From Candidatus Beckwithbacteria bacterium (lineage in GTDB: Bacteria; Patescibacteriota; Microgenomatia; UBA1400; UBA1449): a stretch of DNA of 64,000 nucleotides. Below are positions 37,555-46,370 of this stretch, in pieces; the first letter of the stretch is position 1, and each line of letters begins with the position of its first letter. Under the pieces are notes generated by a model. It saw only the letters and a list, made by a program, of their open reading frames with translations, did no database searches and was not told where the DNA came from. The stretch is taken from contig JAAZOH010000025.1 of assembly GCA_012797845.1 (NCBI GenBank), forward strand, positions 3,767 through 67,766, read 5' to 3'. Both the position numbers and the translations under genes were made by a program.

Positions 37555-38799
37555 TTTTTCTGCTTCTAAAAAAACCGCTCCTATCAAAAACACCATAGTC
37601 AAATATCCAACATAATTGTCCATAAAAAACCTGGAAAACAGCCAAAAAACCGTCAGAAAAATACCATAAGCAAAAACCAGAGAACTGATGGTTAAACGCT
37701 TTTTAAACCAGATAAAAAGAAATATCAATAAAGGTAGGCCTACAATTAACTGCAAAACAAAAAAGGGGAAATAAGCTGTGTCACTAGCTATAAAACCTGT
37801 TTCTAATAAAAGTTCAGATATCCCAATACCAGTGATAAAATAGCTGGTTGCCAGTCCTCCACCTGGGAAAAGGTAAACATCTTCAACAAAACTCCGTCCA
37901 TCCCAAAGCAAAAAACTGCCAAAAAAAATTAAAGTTAAAACAAAAAAAGGCCAGGTTTTCAAAAAGATCGATTTTACTTTTTCTAAAATCTCCTGATTTT
38001 GATAAATTTGCCAAAGATAGAAAAAATAAAATGGCAAGAGCAACCAACTTGATTGTTTACTAGCAATTGCCAGTCCTAAAATAGCTGATGAAGCTAGTAT
38101 TTTGCGTTTATAAAGTAAATACAAGCTTAAAAAGACCCAAGCAAAAACAAAAATATCATTCCGACCTTCAATAAAAAAATGAATAAAAATAGGATTAAAA
38201 ATAAATAGAGTCAGATATAAAATTTTCTTATCAAGGTTTTTAAATAATTTCCAAATTAAATAGATTGGAATTAAAAAAATCAATCCATGAACCATCCGCT
38301 CATCAAAAAAACCAAAAATGGTTTCAGTTGGATAGGAAAGTATTAGTGAAAATAAGGGGTAAAAAGGTAAAGTAACAAAATGATATAAAGCTCGGTTTAA
38401 GCGCTCTTCCTGATACCAAGCTTCTTGAGCTGTCCCAAAGTAGTCTTGTGTGTAAGGGTTTTTGCCTTGCTTTAAATATTTGATCGCTTCTTCAAGTTGA
38501 ATAGGGTTATCATGAACCGGATAACTATTGCCTAGTTGGTGACGCAAATTAATAGCCGTATAAAAACTTTTACCAACTGTCAGAAGTACTAACAGGCTAA
38601 AAATAGCAATCTTGCCGTATGTATAAAGTTTGCGATTGAGTTGTTTTTTATTTAAATCTAGATATAAAAAAACGATAATTAAAACAAAATAAAGAGGAAA
38701 AAGTTTAATATTAAACGTACTGGCTTTAACCCAAACATTGCCTTGGGTAAAGAAAAAGCTCAAAATAAAAATCAGTAAAAAATCAAGCATAGTCCACAA
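37504..38799 (-). CDS. Polytopic membrane protein of unknown function (candidate GT-C/DUF2029-like)
   Basis: About 12 TM helices. Convergent with the methyltransferase, overlapping it by 51 bp. Confidence 0.3.
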   Translation of the reverse strand: MWTMLDFLLIFILSFFFTQGNVWVKASTFNIKLFPLYFVLIIVFLYLDLNKKQLNRKLYTYGKIAIFSLLVLLTVGKSFYTAINLRHQLGNSYPVHDNPIQLEEAIKYLKQGKNPYTQDYFGTAQEAWYQEERLNRALYHFVTLPFYPLFSLILSYPTETIFGFFDERMVHGLIFLIPIYLIWKLFKNLDKKILYLTLFIFNPIFIHFFIEGRNDIFVFAWVFLSLYLLYKRKILASSAILGLAIASKQSSWLLLPFYFFYLWQIYQNQEILEKVKSIFLKTWPFFVLTLIFFGSFLLWDGRSFVEDVYLFPGGGLATSYFITGIGISELLLETGFIASDTAYFPFFVLQLIVGLPLLIFLFIWFKKRLTISSLVFAYGIFLTVFWLFSRFFMDNYVGYLTMVFLIGAVFLEAEKSNCAHKNKLVSKKTRI

Positions 38800-38828
38800 T
38801 TTAAATCACAACTTTATCTTAACAAAAT

Positions 38829-39803
38829 ATGGTATTATCTCCAAAGATGGCAAGCAAAACTCTTTTAATCACTGGCGGGGCAGGCTTTATTGGATCTTCT
38901 CTTATTGCCAAAATTATAGATCAATATCAGATTGTTTGTGTTGACAATTTTAATTCATATTACAATCCCAGCTGGAAAGAAGACAATGTCAAACCTTTTT
39001 TAACTCATCCTAATTTTAGATTATACAAAAGCAATATCGTTAATTTAGAAGATTTACGCCAGATTTTTAAAAACCACCACTTTGATAAAATTGTTCATTT
39101 AGCAGCTCGAGCCGGCGTCAGGCCTTCTATTGCTCAACCACTACTCTATGAAAAAGTTAATGTTCAAGGTACGCTCAATCTTTTAGAACTGGCTAAAGAG
39201 TATAAAATTCCTCATTTTATTTTTGCTTCCAGTTCTTCGGTTTATGGGAATCAGAATAAAGTTCCATTTAGTGAAACTGATCCGGTCAATGAGCCAATTT
39301 CTCCTTATGCTGCTACCAAAAAAGCTGGAGAAATGTTGTGTTATACCTATGCCCATCTTTATAAAATCAAAACTACTTGCTTACGCTTTTTTACTGTTTA
39401 TGGGCCTAAAGGCCGGCCTGATATGGCTCCTTACCTTTTTACCAAAGCTATCTTATCTGGCGAACCGATTACCAAGTTTGGTGACGGCAAAAGCAAGCGG
39501 GATTATACCTATATTGATGATATTGTAGCTGGCGTTATCAAAACCATTGAGCAACAATTTGATTTTGAAATTTTTAATTTGGGCAATAATCAACCAGTTG
39601 AGCTCAATGAATTTATTAAAACGATTGAGGAAGTGACTGGTAAAATCTTAGAAACGGTTGATTTGCCAATGCAAGCTGGTGATGTTACTCAAACTTATGC
39701 CAACATCGAAAAGGCTAAAAAACTTCTTGCCTGGGAACCCAAAACTTCCCTAAAAGAAGGCTTAACTAAATTTGTTAACTGGTACCAACAGGCTAGAAAC
39801 TAA
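38829..39803 (+). CDS. UDP-glucuronate 4-epimerase (UDP-GlcA to UDP-GalA), SDR family
   Basis: GGAGFIGS, YAATK catalytic YxxxK, and the signature LRFFTVYGPKGRPDMA (family consensus LRFFTVYGPWGRPDMA). Confidence 0.7.
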   Translation: MVLSPKMASKTLLITGGAGFIGSSLIAKIIDQYQIVCVDNFNSYYNPSWKEDNVKPFLTHPNFRLYKSNIVNLEDLRQIFKNHHFDKIVHLAARAGVRPSIAQPLLYEKVNVQGTLNLLELAKEYKIPHFIFASSSSVYGNQNKVPFSETDPVNEPISPYAATKKAGEMLCYTYAHLYKIKTTCLRFFTVYGPKGRPDMAPYLFTKAILSGEPITKFGDGKSKRDYTYIDDIVAGVIKTIEQQFDFEIFNLGNNQPVELNEFIKTIEEVTGKILETVDLPMQAGDVTQTYANIEKAKKLLAWEPKTSLKEGLTKFVNWYQQARN

Positions 39804-39849
39804 TTTTTCTATTCCCCAATTCTAAACTCATCAAGTATAATGCAAGACA

Positions 39850-41196
39850 ATGGCTAAAGATGTAAACCATATTACTATTTTAGGTGGTGGTCCAGCCGGA
39901 CTGGCCATGGCTTTTTATGCCCATAAAACCAAGTTGCCACTCACTCTTTATGAAGCTCAAGCTCAAGTGGGAGGCACCTGTCAAACCTTTAAATTTGAAG
40001 GGTTTCGCTATGATAGTGGCGCTCACCGCTTTCATGATAAAAATCCTCGTATTACCAAAGAAGTAGTTAGTCTCATGGGCAAGGATCTTAAAAAGATTTA
40101 TGTCCCCACTCAAATTTACCAAAATGGCAAATTTATCGATTTTCCTTTAAGGCCTATTAATTTATTTAAACATTTAGGACCAATTACATTTATTAAAGCT
40201 GGATTTGAAGTAGTGTTTAACCAGCTTTTCTCCAGTAGGCAGAAGAGAAGTTTTGCTGATTTTGCCATTACCACCTATGGCCAAACTATTGCTAATTTAT
40301 TGCTACTTAAATATTCAGCCCGACTTTGGGGCCGACCTTGCCAGCAATTATCTTTAAGCATTGGCGGCAAACGTTTCAAGGGCCTCAACCTAAAGTCTTT
40401 TCTAACTGAAGCCTTGCTAGGCGAAAAAGCCCGCATTGAACATTTAGAAGGAGCTTCATTTTATTATCCTGATCTTGGCATTGGTATGATCATGGACCGG
40501 CTTATTCAAGATATTGATCAAAAAGATATTAAAACCAAATCTAAAATTACTAAAATTTTTCACAATGGCAAAAAAATTGAAGCAATAGAAATTAATGGCA
40601 AAACTAAAACACCTGTTGATCAGCTGGTTAGTTCTTTACCTATTTCTTATTTTTTACAAATCATGGATCCCAAACCACCAAAAGCAATTTTAGAACTAGC
40701 TCAGGACTTACAATTCAGAGATATGATTTTAGTAGCCGTTTTTATTAATAAAGCAAGCATTACCAAATCAGCCACGGTTTATTTTCATGATAAAGACTAT
40801 TTATTTACCCGTATTTACGAGCCCAGAAACCGCTCAGGCTTTATGTCGCCTAAAGGAAAAACTTCTTTAGTTGCCGAAATCCCCTGCCAAAAAGGGGATA
40901 GCTACTGGCAAACTGATGACCAAGAATTAGTTGATCAAGTTGTCAAAAAATTGATTAAAGCTGGCTGGCTTAAAAAAGAAAATATTATCGCCACTCAAGT
41001 CAAACGAATGGAAGCTACCTACCCAATTCTTGAGCTTGGTTATGAGCAGAAAGTTGCTCAGGTTAATGAGTACCTGAAACGCTTTCCTAATTTATATTTA
41101 ACTGGTCGCAATGGTAAATTTGTTTATTCCTGGATTCATAATATGATGGAATATGCCCAGGAAATTATTGCTCAAATTAAACCTCAAGCAAAATGA
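39850..41196 (+). CDS. FAD-dependent UDP-galactopyranose mutase-like enzyme (Glf family)
   Basis: ILGGGPAGLAMAF Rossmann motif, GAHRFH (Glf GAHIFH), LWGRPCQQLS (Glf QWGRSAKELP), and a C-terminal LTGRNGKFVY (Glf FGGRLAEYKY). Confidence 0.5.
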   Translation: MAKDVNHITILGGGPAGLAMAFYAHKTKLPLTLYEAQAQVGGTCQTFKFEGFRYDSGAHRFHDKNPRITKEVVSLMGKDLKKIYVPTQIYQNGKFIDFPLRPINLFKHLGPITFIKAGFEVVFNQLFSSRQKRSFADFAITTYGQTIANLLLLKYSARLWGRPCQQLSLSIGGKRFKGLNLKSFLTEALLGEKARIEHLEGASFYYPDLGIGMIMDRLIQDIDQKDIKTKSKITKIFHNGKKIEAIEINGKTKTPVDQLVSSLPISYFLQIMDPKPPKAILELAQDLQFRDMILVAVFINKASITKSATVYFHDKDYLFTRIYEPRNRSGFMSPKGKTSLVAEIPCQKGDSYWQTDDQELVDQVVKKLIKAGWLKKENIIATQVKRMEATYPILELGYEQKVAQVNEYLKRFPNLYLTGRNGKFVYSWIHNMMEYAQEIIAQIKPQAK

Positions 41197-42797
41197 ATTT
41201 CTTCCAAACTAATTCAGCTAAACAAAGAGCAATTTTAATTTTAAGTTTTATTGTTCTTTTTCTTATTGCATGTCTTTTTGTCCTATCTTTATTTAGATAT
41301 TTTAATCACGATGGCTTTGAGCATATCCATACCACCTGGTATCTAACGCAAGGGAAAGTTCCATACAAAGATTTTTACCAGCATCACAATCCTCTGTTTT
41401 GGTATCTTTTATATCCGATTGTATTTTTATTACAAAATAATAGTTTTATTTTGATATCTGCAAGAGTTTTAATGTGGTTACTAGCTGTTGGCATCGGTAT
41501 TACAACTTACTTTCTTTGTTTTAAGGTAAGTAGGCAAAAAATTCTCAGTCTTTTTTCAGTTCTACTTTTACTGGCTTGCCCATTTTTTCTAGGTTCAGCT
41601 ATAGAAATCCGCCCCGATGTACCTCAAGTTCTTTTTGGCTTAACTTCCATCTATTTTTTATTGGATTTTTTTGACAAAAATTCAAAAAAAAGCTTAACCA
41701 TTTCGTCTTTTTTTGTTTCGTTTTCTTTTCTTTTCTTGCAAAAAACTATTTTTTTACTTACAGCCTATGCTTTCCTTTTTATGTATGAATTTCTTAGAAA
41801 AAAAATAGCTATCAAACAAATTGTGTTTTTTGTTTTAGTTTTTTTAATTCCACAGTTTATTTTTATTCTATGGCTGTACATTAATAACGCTTTGCCTGAT
41901 TATATTCTAACTAGCTGGCAAATGAACGTAGCTCGCAAAGATTCAGTTTCTCCTTTTTGGATTGTAAAAAGTATTTATGGTTTAGCGTTTTTTGGTAGCT
42001 GCATTATTTCTAGTCTAGGGATACTGAGTATCAAAATATTTACTCAAACTCAAAAAAAACTTGCCTTTTTAAGTTTAACCTTATTGGCTTCAGTTTTTAT
42101 TGTTCCATATGCTTATTTGCAATATTTTTTATTTAGCATTCCGCTGCTTATTATCAATTTAGCATTATTTAGTGCTTACTTTTTAAAAAAAATACAGAAT
42201 ATTTTTAATATACATATTGTTTTCATTTTGATCTTGGGTTCTATTGTCCTCTTTTTCATACATCCTTATTTACAGGAAACTAAATTATTTGCCCTAGTTT
42301 TTTTTATTTTTGCTTGTATAGCCATGTACCTTATTAAACCTAAGGCTATGTATACATATGCAGCTTTATCTATATGTCTAACCCTGTATTTTTGCCCTAC
42401 ATATCTTCATTATTCCCATCTTTGGAAGCAAAATAAAACTAATATTAAACAGCGTAAGATCATTGATTTAGTTGTTAAAAACACCAAACCAGAAGATATG
42501 GTTTATGACGGCAATATCAACTATAATTTATTCCGTCCTGATCTACATTATTTTTGGTATTCAATTAAAGAAAATAGAGGCCTAGGAACATACAATCGGC
42601 TAACTAATAATAAATATGGAAATTTTAATCTTTGCAGCTTGATTGAAAATCAAAAACCAGCAGTAATTTCAGGCTTTGGTTACAACATTGATCAATGTGG
42701 TTTGAAAAAATACTATCAAAAAATTATAACTAAGAAAGATTATGTAGTTGCTATTTATGTAAGAAAAGATTTAAATATTTCACCTACTGAACTTTAA
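41193..42797 (+). CDS. Polytopic membrane protein, paralog A of a tandem pair; GT-C-like N-terminal loop motif (HDGFEHIHTTWY)
   Basis: Shares a conserved N-terminal loop (PYKDFYQHHNPLFWY) and C-terminal soluble domain (VYDGNINYNLFRPDLHYFWYSI...TYNRLTNNKYG) with the next ORF. Confidence 0.4.
   Translation: MNFFQTNSAKQRAILILSFIVLFLIACLFVLSLFRYFNHDGFEHIHTTWYLTQGKVPYKDFYQHHNPLFWYLLYPIVFLLQNNSFILISARVLMWLLAVGIGITTYFLCFKVSRQKILSLFSVLLLLACPFFLGSAIEIRPDVPQVLFGLTSIYFLLDFFDKNSKKSLTISSFFVSFSFLFLQKTIFLLTAYAFLFMYEFLRKKIAIKQIVFFVLVFLIPQFIFILWLYINNALPDYILTSWQMNVARKDSVSPFWIVKSIYGLAFFGSCIISSLGILSIKIFTQTQKKLAFLSLTLLASVFIVPYAYLQYFLFSIPLLIINLALFSAYFLKKIQNIFNIHIVFILILGSIVLFFIHPYLQETKLFALVFFIFACIAMYLIKPKAMYTYAALSICLTLYFCPTYLHYSHLWKQNKTNIKQRKIIDLVVKNTKPEDMVYDGNINYNLFRPDLHYFWYSIKENRGLGTYNRLTNNKYGNFNLCSLIENQKPAVISGFGYNIDQCGLKKYYQKIITKKDYVVAIYVRKDLNISPTEL
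42501..42562. repeat. 62-nt stretch identical to 44103-44164 (within the tandem paralogs)
   Basis: Exact identity checked base by base. Flanking paralog sequence is only about 60-70% identical. Confidence 0.9.
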
Positions 42798-42800
42798 ACC

Positions 42801-44375
42801 ATGCAAAAAATAAATAAAACCATAGCCCACTATTTCACTTACTTGCTTTTAGCAATCTTATTTATTCTAAGTATTAATCTGTCTTACAATGCTATTTTTA
42901 GACATTTTGACCATGATGAATATGAACACATTCATACTACCTGGTACCTTACTCAAAGCCAACTCCCATACAAAGATTTTTACCAACACCACAATCCTCT
43001 GTTTTGGTACGCCTTAGCACCAATAGTTGCTATTTTTAATAGTAGCTCTTCGGTTTTGATAGCTGGGCGAATTTTCATGCTTTTACAAGTCTTAGCTATG
43101 GGTTTTTTAGTTTTTAAAATCACTAAGCTTATTACTAAAAATATTCAAACTTCACTACTAGCTCCTATTTTTTTATTTTCAACTCCATTTTTCATTGAAA
43201 AAAGTTATGAGATCCGTCCCGATGTGCCACAGGTCCTTTTTGGACTAGCTTCTATCTACTTTCTCTTTCATTTTCTGGAAACTAAAAGAGTGAAATCTTG
43301 GATCTTATCAGCCGTACTTGCCACTTTTTCTTTTCTTTTTTTACAAAAAACTATTTTTTTACTGATAGCCTATGTTCCGGTTTTTTTATATTTACTAGTT
43401 ACTAAAAAAATAGCTATTAAACACATTTTGTTTTACGGCTTGGCATTTTTAGCTCCTCTTTTACTTTTTGCTATTTATTTATATGGTAATCAGATATTTC
43501 CTGATTATATTCTAACTAACTGGCTAATGAACAATAGTCGCACTGATTCTTTCTCGCCCACTTGGATTATAAAGACTAATTATGGAGCCTTTTTCTTTAG
43601 TATAACTATAATTAGCTCAATTGTTCTTTTACTTTTCAAAAAGTTTTCGCTTTCTACAAAAATCGTTGCTTTTTTGGCTCTTGCCTTACTAGCATCTATA
43701 TTAATGGTAAACTATCCCTATCTTCAGTATTTTTTATTTCCATTACCATTACTTAGTGTTTGTTTGGCGATTTTTATCAGCAAAATTCATTTAAAATTTA
43801 ATCCTAAATCAAAGCTTATATTCACTATTTTAGGATCAATTGGTATTTTAGCCTTATCTTTTTTTTATGGGAAATGGCAAATTACATTGCCTGTTTTTAT
43901 AGTTTTAATTATTTTGTCTGCAATATATTTGGGTTTGCATTATAAAAAGTTGGTTTATGGGCAAATTCCCCAACTTTGTTTGATTATTTTATTGATTTTA
44001 CCTGCTTATTATTTTTCTTATGAAACTGCTACTCAAAAAAGCAACAGCTTAGATCGAAAAGTGATTGATTTGGTTCTTACCAATTCAAGACCAACTGATA
44101 AAGTTTATGACGGCAATATCAACTATAATTTATTCCGTCCTGATCTACATTATTTTTGGTATTCGATTGGCAAAGACAGGGGACTGGATACGTATAATCG
44201 TTTGACCAATAATAAGTATGGTGACTTTAATACCTGCAATTTAGTTATAACGTATAAACCTAAATTTATCTCTGACTATGGTTTAGATATAAAAACTTGC
44301 GGCCTGGAAGGAACATATATGGAAGTAATTAATCGAGGCCAGTATTTAGATGCGATTTATATCCGTAAAAACTAA
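42801..44375 (+). CDS. Polytopic membrane protein, paralog B of the tandem pair (DHDEYEHIHTTWY loop motif)
   Basis: Same architecture and motifs as 41193..42797. Confidence 0.4.
   Translation: MQKINKTIAHYFTYLLLAILFILSINLSYNAIFRHFDHDEYEHIHTTWYLTQSQLPYKDFYQHHNPLFWYALAPIVAIFNSSSSVLIAGRIFMLLQVLAMGFLVFKITKLITKNIQTSLLAPIFLFSTPFFIEKSYEIRPDVPQVLFGLASIYFLFHFLETKRVKSWILSAVLATFSFLFLQKTIFLLIAYVPVFLYLLVTKKIAIKHILFYGLAFLAPLLLFAIYLYGNQIFPDYILTNWLMNNSRTDSFSPTWIIKTNYGAFFFSITIISSIVLLLFKKFSLSTKIVAFLALALLASILMVNYPYLQYFLFPLPLLSVCLAIFISKIHLKFNPKSKLIFTILGSIGILALSFFYGKWQITLPVFIVLIILSAIYLGLHYKKLVYGQIPQLCLIILLILPAYYFSYETATQKSNSLDRKVIDLVLTNSRPTDKVYDGNINYNLFRPDLHYFWYSIGKDRGLDTYNRLTNNKYGDFNTCNLVITYKPKFISDYGLDIKTCGLEGTYMEVINRGQYLDAIYIRKN
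44103..44164. repeat. 62-nt stretch identical to 42501-42562
   Basis: See the paired repeat. Confidence 0.9.
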
Positions 44376-44419
44376 GACTCTATTCATCTCTCAATATCCT
44401 CGCGTATAATACTTTTACT

Positions 44420-45409
44420 ATGTTTGGCAAAAAACTTTCCCCAAAACTATTACTTTTTCTTCCAATTGCTACTTATCTAGTTTCTTACATTTACTTGGCT
44501 TTTTATCATCATAAATTTTGGCTTTGGAATGTAGTAGTTCATGAAGGCGGGGAATATACCCTACTACAAACCACTTTATATGCTTCACATTTTTTAGGCC
44601 ATATTCCTGTTCACACCCTTTTGGCCTTTTTGCTCCTTGGTTTGTATTTAATTCTTACCAAGCCTAAAACTATTAGCTCAAACCATATTTCCAGCTTTAT
44701 ATTAATAGTTTTACTCTTAGCTTTTCTCGCTACCTCAGTACTTATCAGCAACAATCTGTTTGGCTGGCACGACACTTGGCTTTATATCGCACAAGGCAAG
44801 CAAAGCCTAGCAACATACGGGGAAGGTGGTTCCTGGAATTTGCATATCCCTAGCACCATGTTACTTTTTTTCTTACTCCCGATGTATGTTTTGCTTATAA
44901 AATATTTGTTTTCGAGAAAGATCGAATTTTCTAAACAAGGCTTGAGTTTAATTGCTATTGCCTTTGGTCTTTTTGTAGCTATGACTTTACTGGTTAATAC
45001 CAATCCTATTAGTGCTATTATTTCAATTTGGCAAACCCCTCGCTACCTAGCTCACAGCATCCGGGAACTGGCCACTTTCCCTCTCACCTATTTTCCAATT
45101 CCTTTGTATTTTTATATAAGAAATGAAGCTAAAGCTAAAAATCAAGTCAAATTAAACAAAGTAACTCTAATTATCATCTTACTTTTTTTCATTGGGTTTT
45201 TAGGGATTTTGTATCAAGCTGTAATCTCTTTACATAGCGATGTTGGTTCTATTGCCCAAAAGCCTGATTTTGCTAAAAATGGCGAACTTTCTATTATCTA
45301 TTTACTCGCCTCACATTATTTTGAACATTTTCTCGATACTATTTATTTCACCTTGTTAAGCCTGTTGCTTTATATTCAGGCAATTAAACTTTTTCATTAT
45401 GAAAAATAA
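44420..45409 (+). CDS. Polytopic membrane protein of unknown function
   Basis: 329 aa with about 9 hydrophobic helices and no recognisable catalytic motif. Confidence 0.35.
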   Translation: MFGKKLSPKLLLFLPIATYLVSYIYLAFYHHKFWLWNVVVHEGGEYTLLQTTLYASHFLGHIPVHTLLAFLLLGLYLILTKPKTISSNHISSFILIVLLLAFLATSVLISNNLFGWHDTWLYIAQGKQSLATYGEGGSWNLHIPSTMLLFFLLPMYVLLIKYLFSRKIEFSKQGLSLIAIAFGLFVAMTLLVNTNPISAIISIWQTPRYLAHSIRELATFPLTYFPIPLYFYIRNEAKAKNQVKLNKVTLIIILLFFIGFLGILYQAVISLHSDVGSIAQKPDFAKNGELSIIYLLASHYFEHFLDTIYFTLLSLLLYIQAIKLFHYEK

Positions 45410-46370
45410 ATCTTGGCTCATTCATTTTTTTTCTCTTGGTCTTGGGTTTTTCCTGCTTTTTTTGTTAATTAAAAAAATTGGCACTAATGATTTTTGGCAA
45501 ATCTTAAAACATACTTCCTTGCTTTGGCTGTTAATTGCTATTGCTACATATTGTTCGTCTTGGTTTTTTCGAACTTTACGTTTACAAAAATTTACGACTT
45601 TCAACCAGGGGCAAATTTCCTTTTTTAATCTTTTTAAACTACGGATTTCTGGCTTTGCCCTCAATTCATTGTTACCGGGAAAACTAGGTGATGCGGCCAC
45701 TATTGGCTATCTTAAACTTCATGGTCTTAAAATCGGTCCTAGTGCTGCCATTGTGTTCCAAGTTAGAGTTTTAGATTTATTGTCTTTTATTTTACTGTCC
45801 CTACCGGCTTTACTTCTTTTTAAAGATAAAAGCAATCAGCCACTCAACCAGCTTTTACTTGTCAGTGCTATTGTTATTTTAATAATTTTTGCAATTACAC
45901 TAACCGATAAACACACCGGTTTTGGGCGGTGGTTTCGGCTTTTTGGCAAAAGATTTTCCAATTTAAAACTGCAAAAAGTTTTTGATAAATTAGCTGATTT
46001 ATATGAAAGCTATACCGCCATGGTTGCTCACAAACGTTTTCTGATAATCTCAATTTTGTTATCACTACTTATTTGGTTTATTGAGGGTCTAACGGCTTTT
46101 GTAGTTGCCAAAGCCATTGGTAGCACTATAAGCTTGCCGCTACTTATTGTTGCTTTGTCACTGGCTAATATTAGTAAAATTTTTCCTATTACTCCGGGTG
46201 GCATTGGTATTTATGAAACCGTTTTTGCTAGTAGTTTAAGTTTTTTTGGGATTCCTTTTGATCAAGCCTTAATGGTGGGAATTTTTGATCATAATTTGAA
46301 AAAATTATTTAATATTGTCATCGGCATTCCTTTTACTAGCACTACCAGTAAGAAATTTTTAAAACTATGA
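45399..46370 (+). CDS. Flippase-like membrane protein (LPG_synthase_TM / UPF0104-type)
   Basis: About 8 TM helices and an N-terminal pattern like the lysyl-PG-synthase TM/flippase-like domain. Such proteins commonly accompany DPM1/GtrB-like GT2 genes. Confidence 0.4.
   Translation: MKNKSWLIHFFSLGLGFFLLFLLIKKIGTNDFWQILKHTSLLWLLIAIATYCSSWFFRTLRLQKFTTFNQGQISFFNLFKLRISGFALNSLLPGKLGDAATIGYLKLHGLKIGPSAAIVFQVRVLDLLSFILLSLPALLLFKDKSNQPLNQLLLVSAIVILIIFAITLTDKHTGFGRWFRLFGKRFSNLKLQKVFDKLADLYESYTAMVAHKRFLIISILLSLLIWFIEGLTAFVVAKAIGSTISLPLLIVALSLANISKIFPITPGGIGIYETVFASSLSFFGIPFDQALMVGIFDHNLKKLFNIVIGIPFTSTTSKKFLKL

Noticed and set aside
42501-44164. Paired 62-nt identical sequences considered as a possible CRISPR repeat, IS terminal repeat or REP element
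   Set aside because: There are only two direct copies, each inside a homologous coding position of the tandem paralogs. They are explained by paralogy and gene conversion, not by a mobile element or CRISPR array.
44400-44422. TATAAT hexamer 9 nt upstream of the ATG at 44420, considered as a leaderless-mRNA promoter
   Set aside because: A single AT-rich hexamer without a -35 element, in a genome where such hexamers are common, is insufficient evidence.
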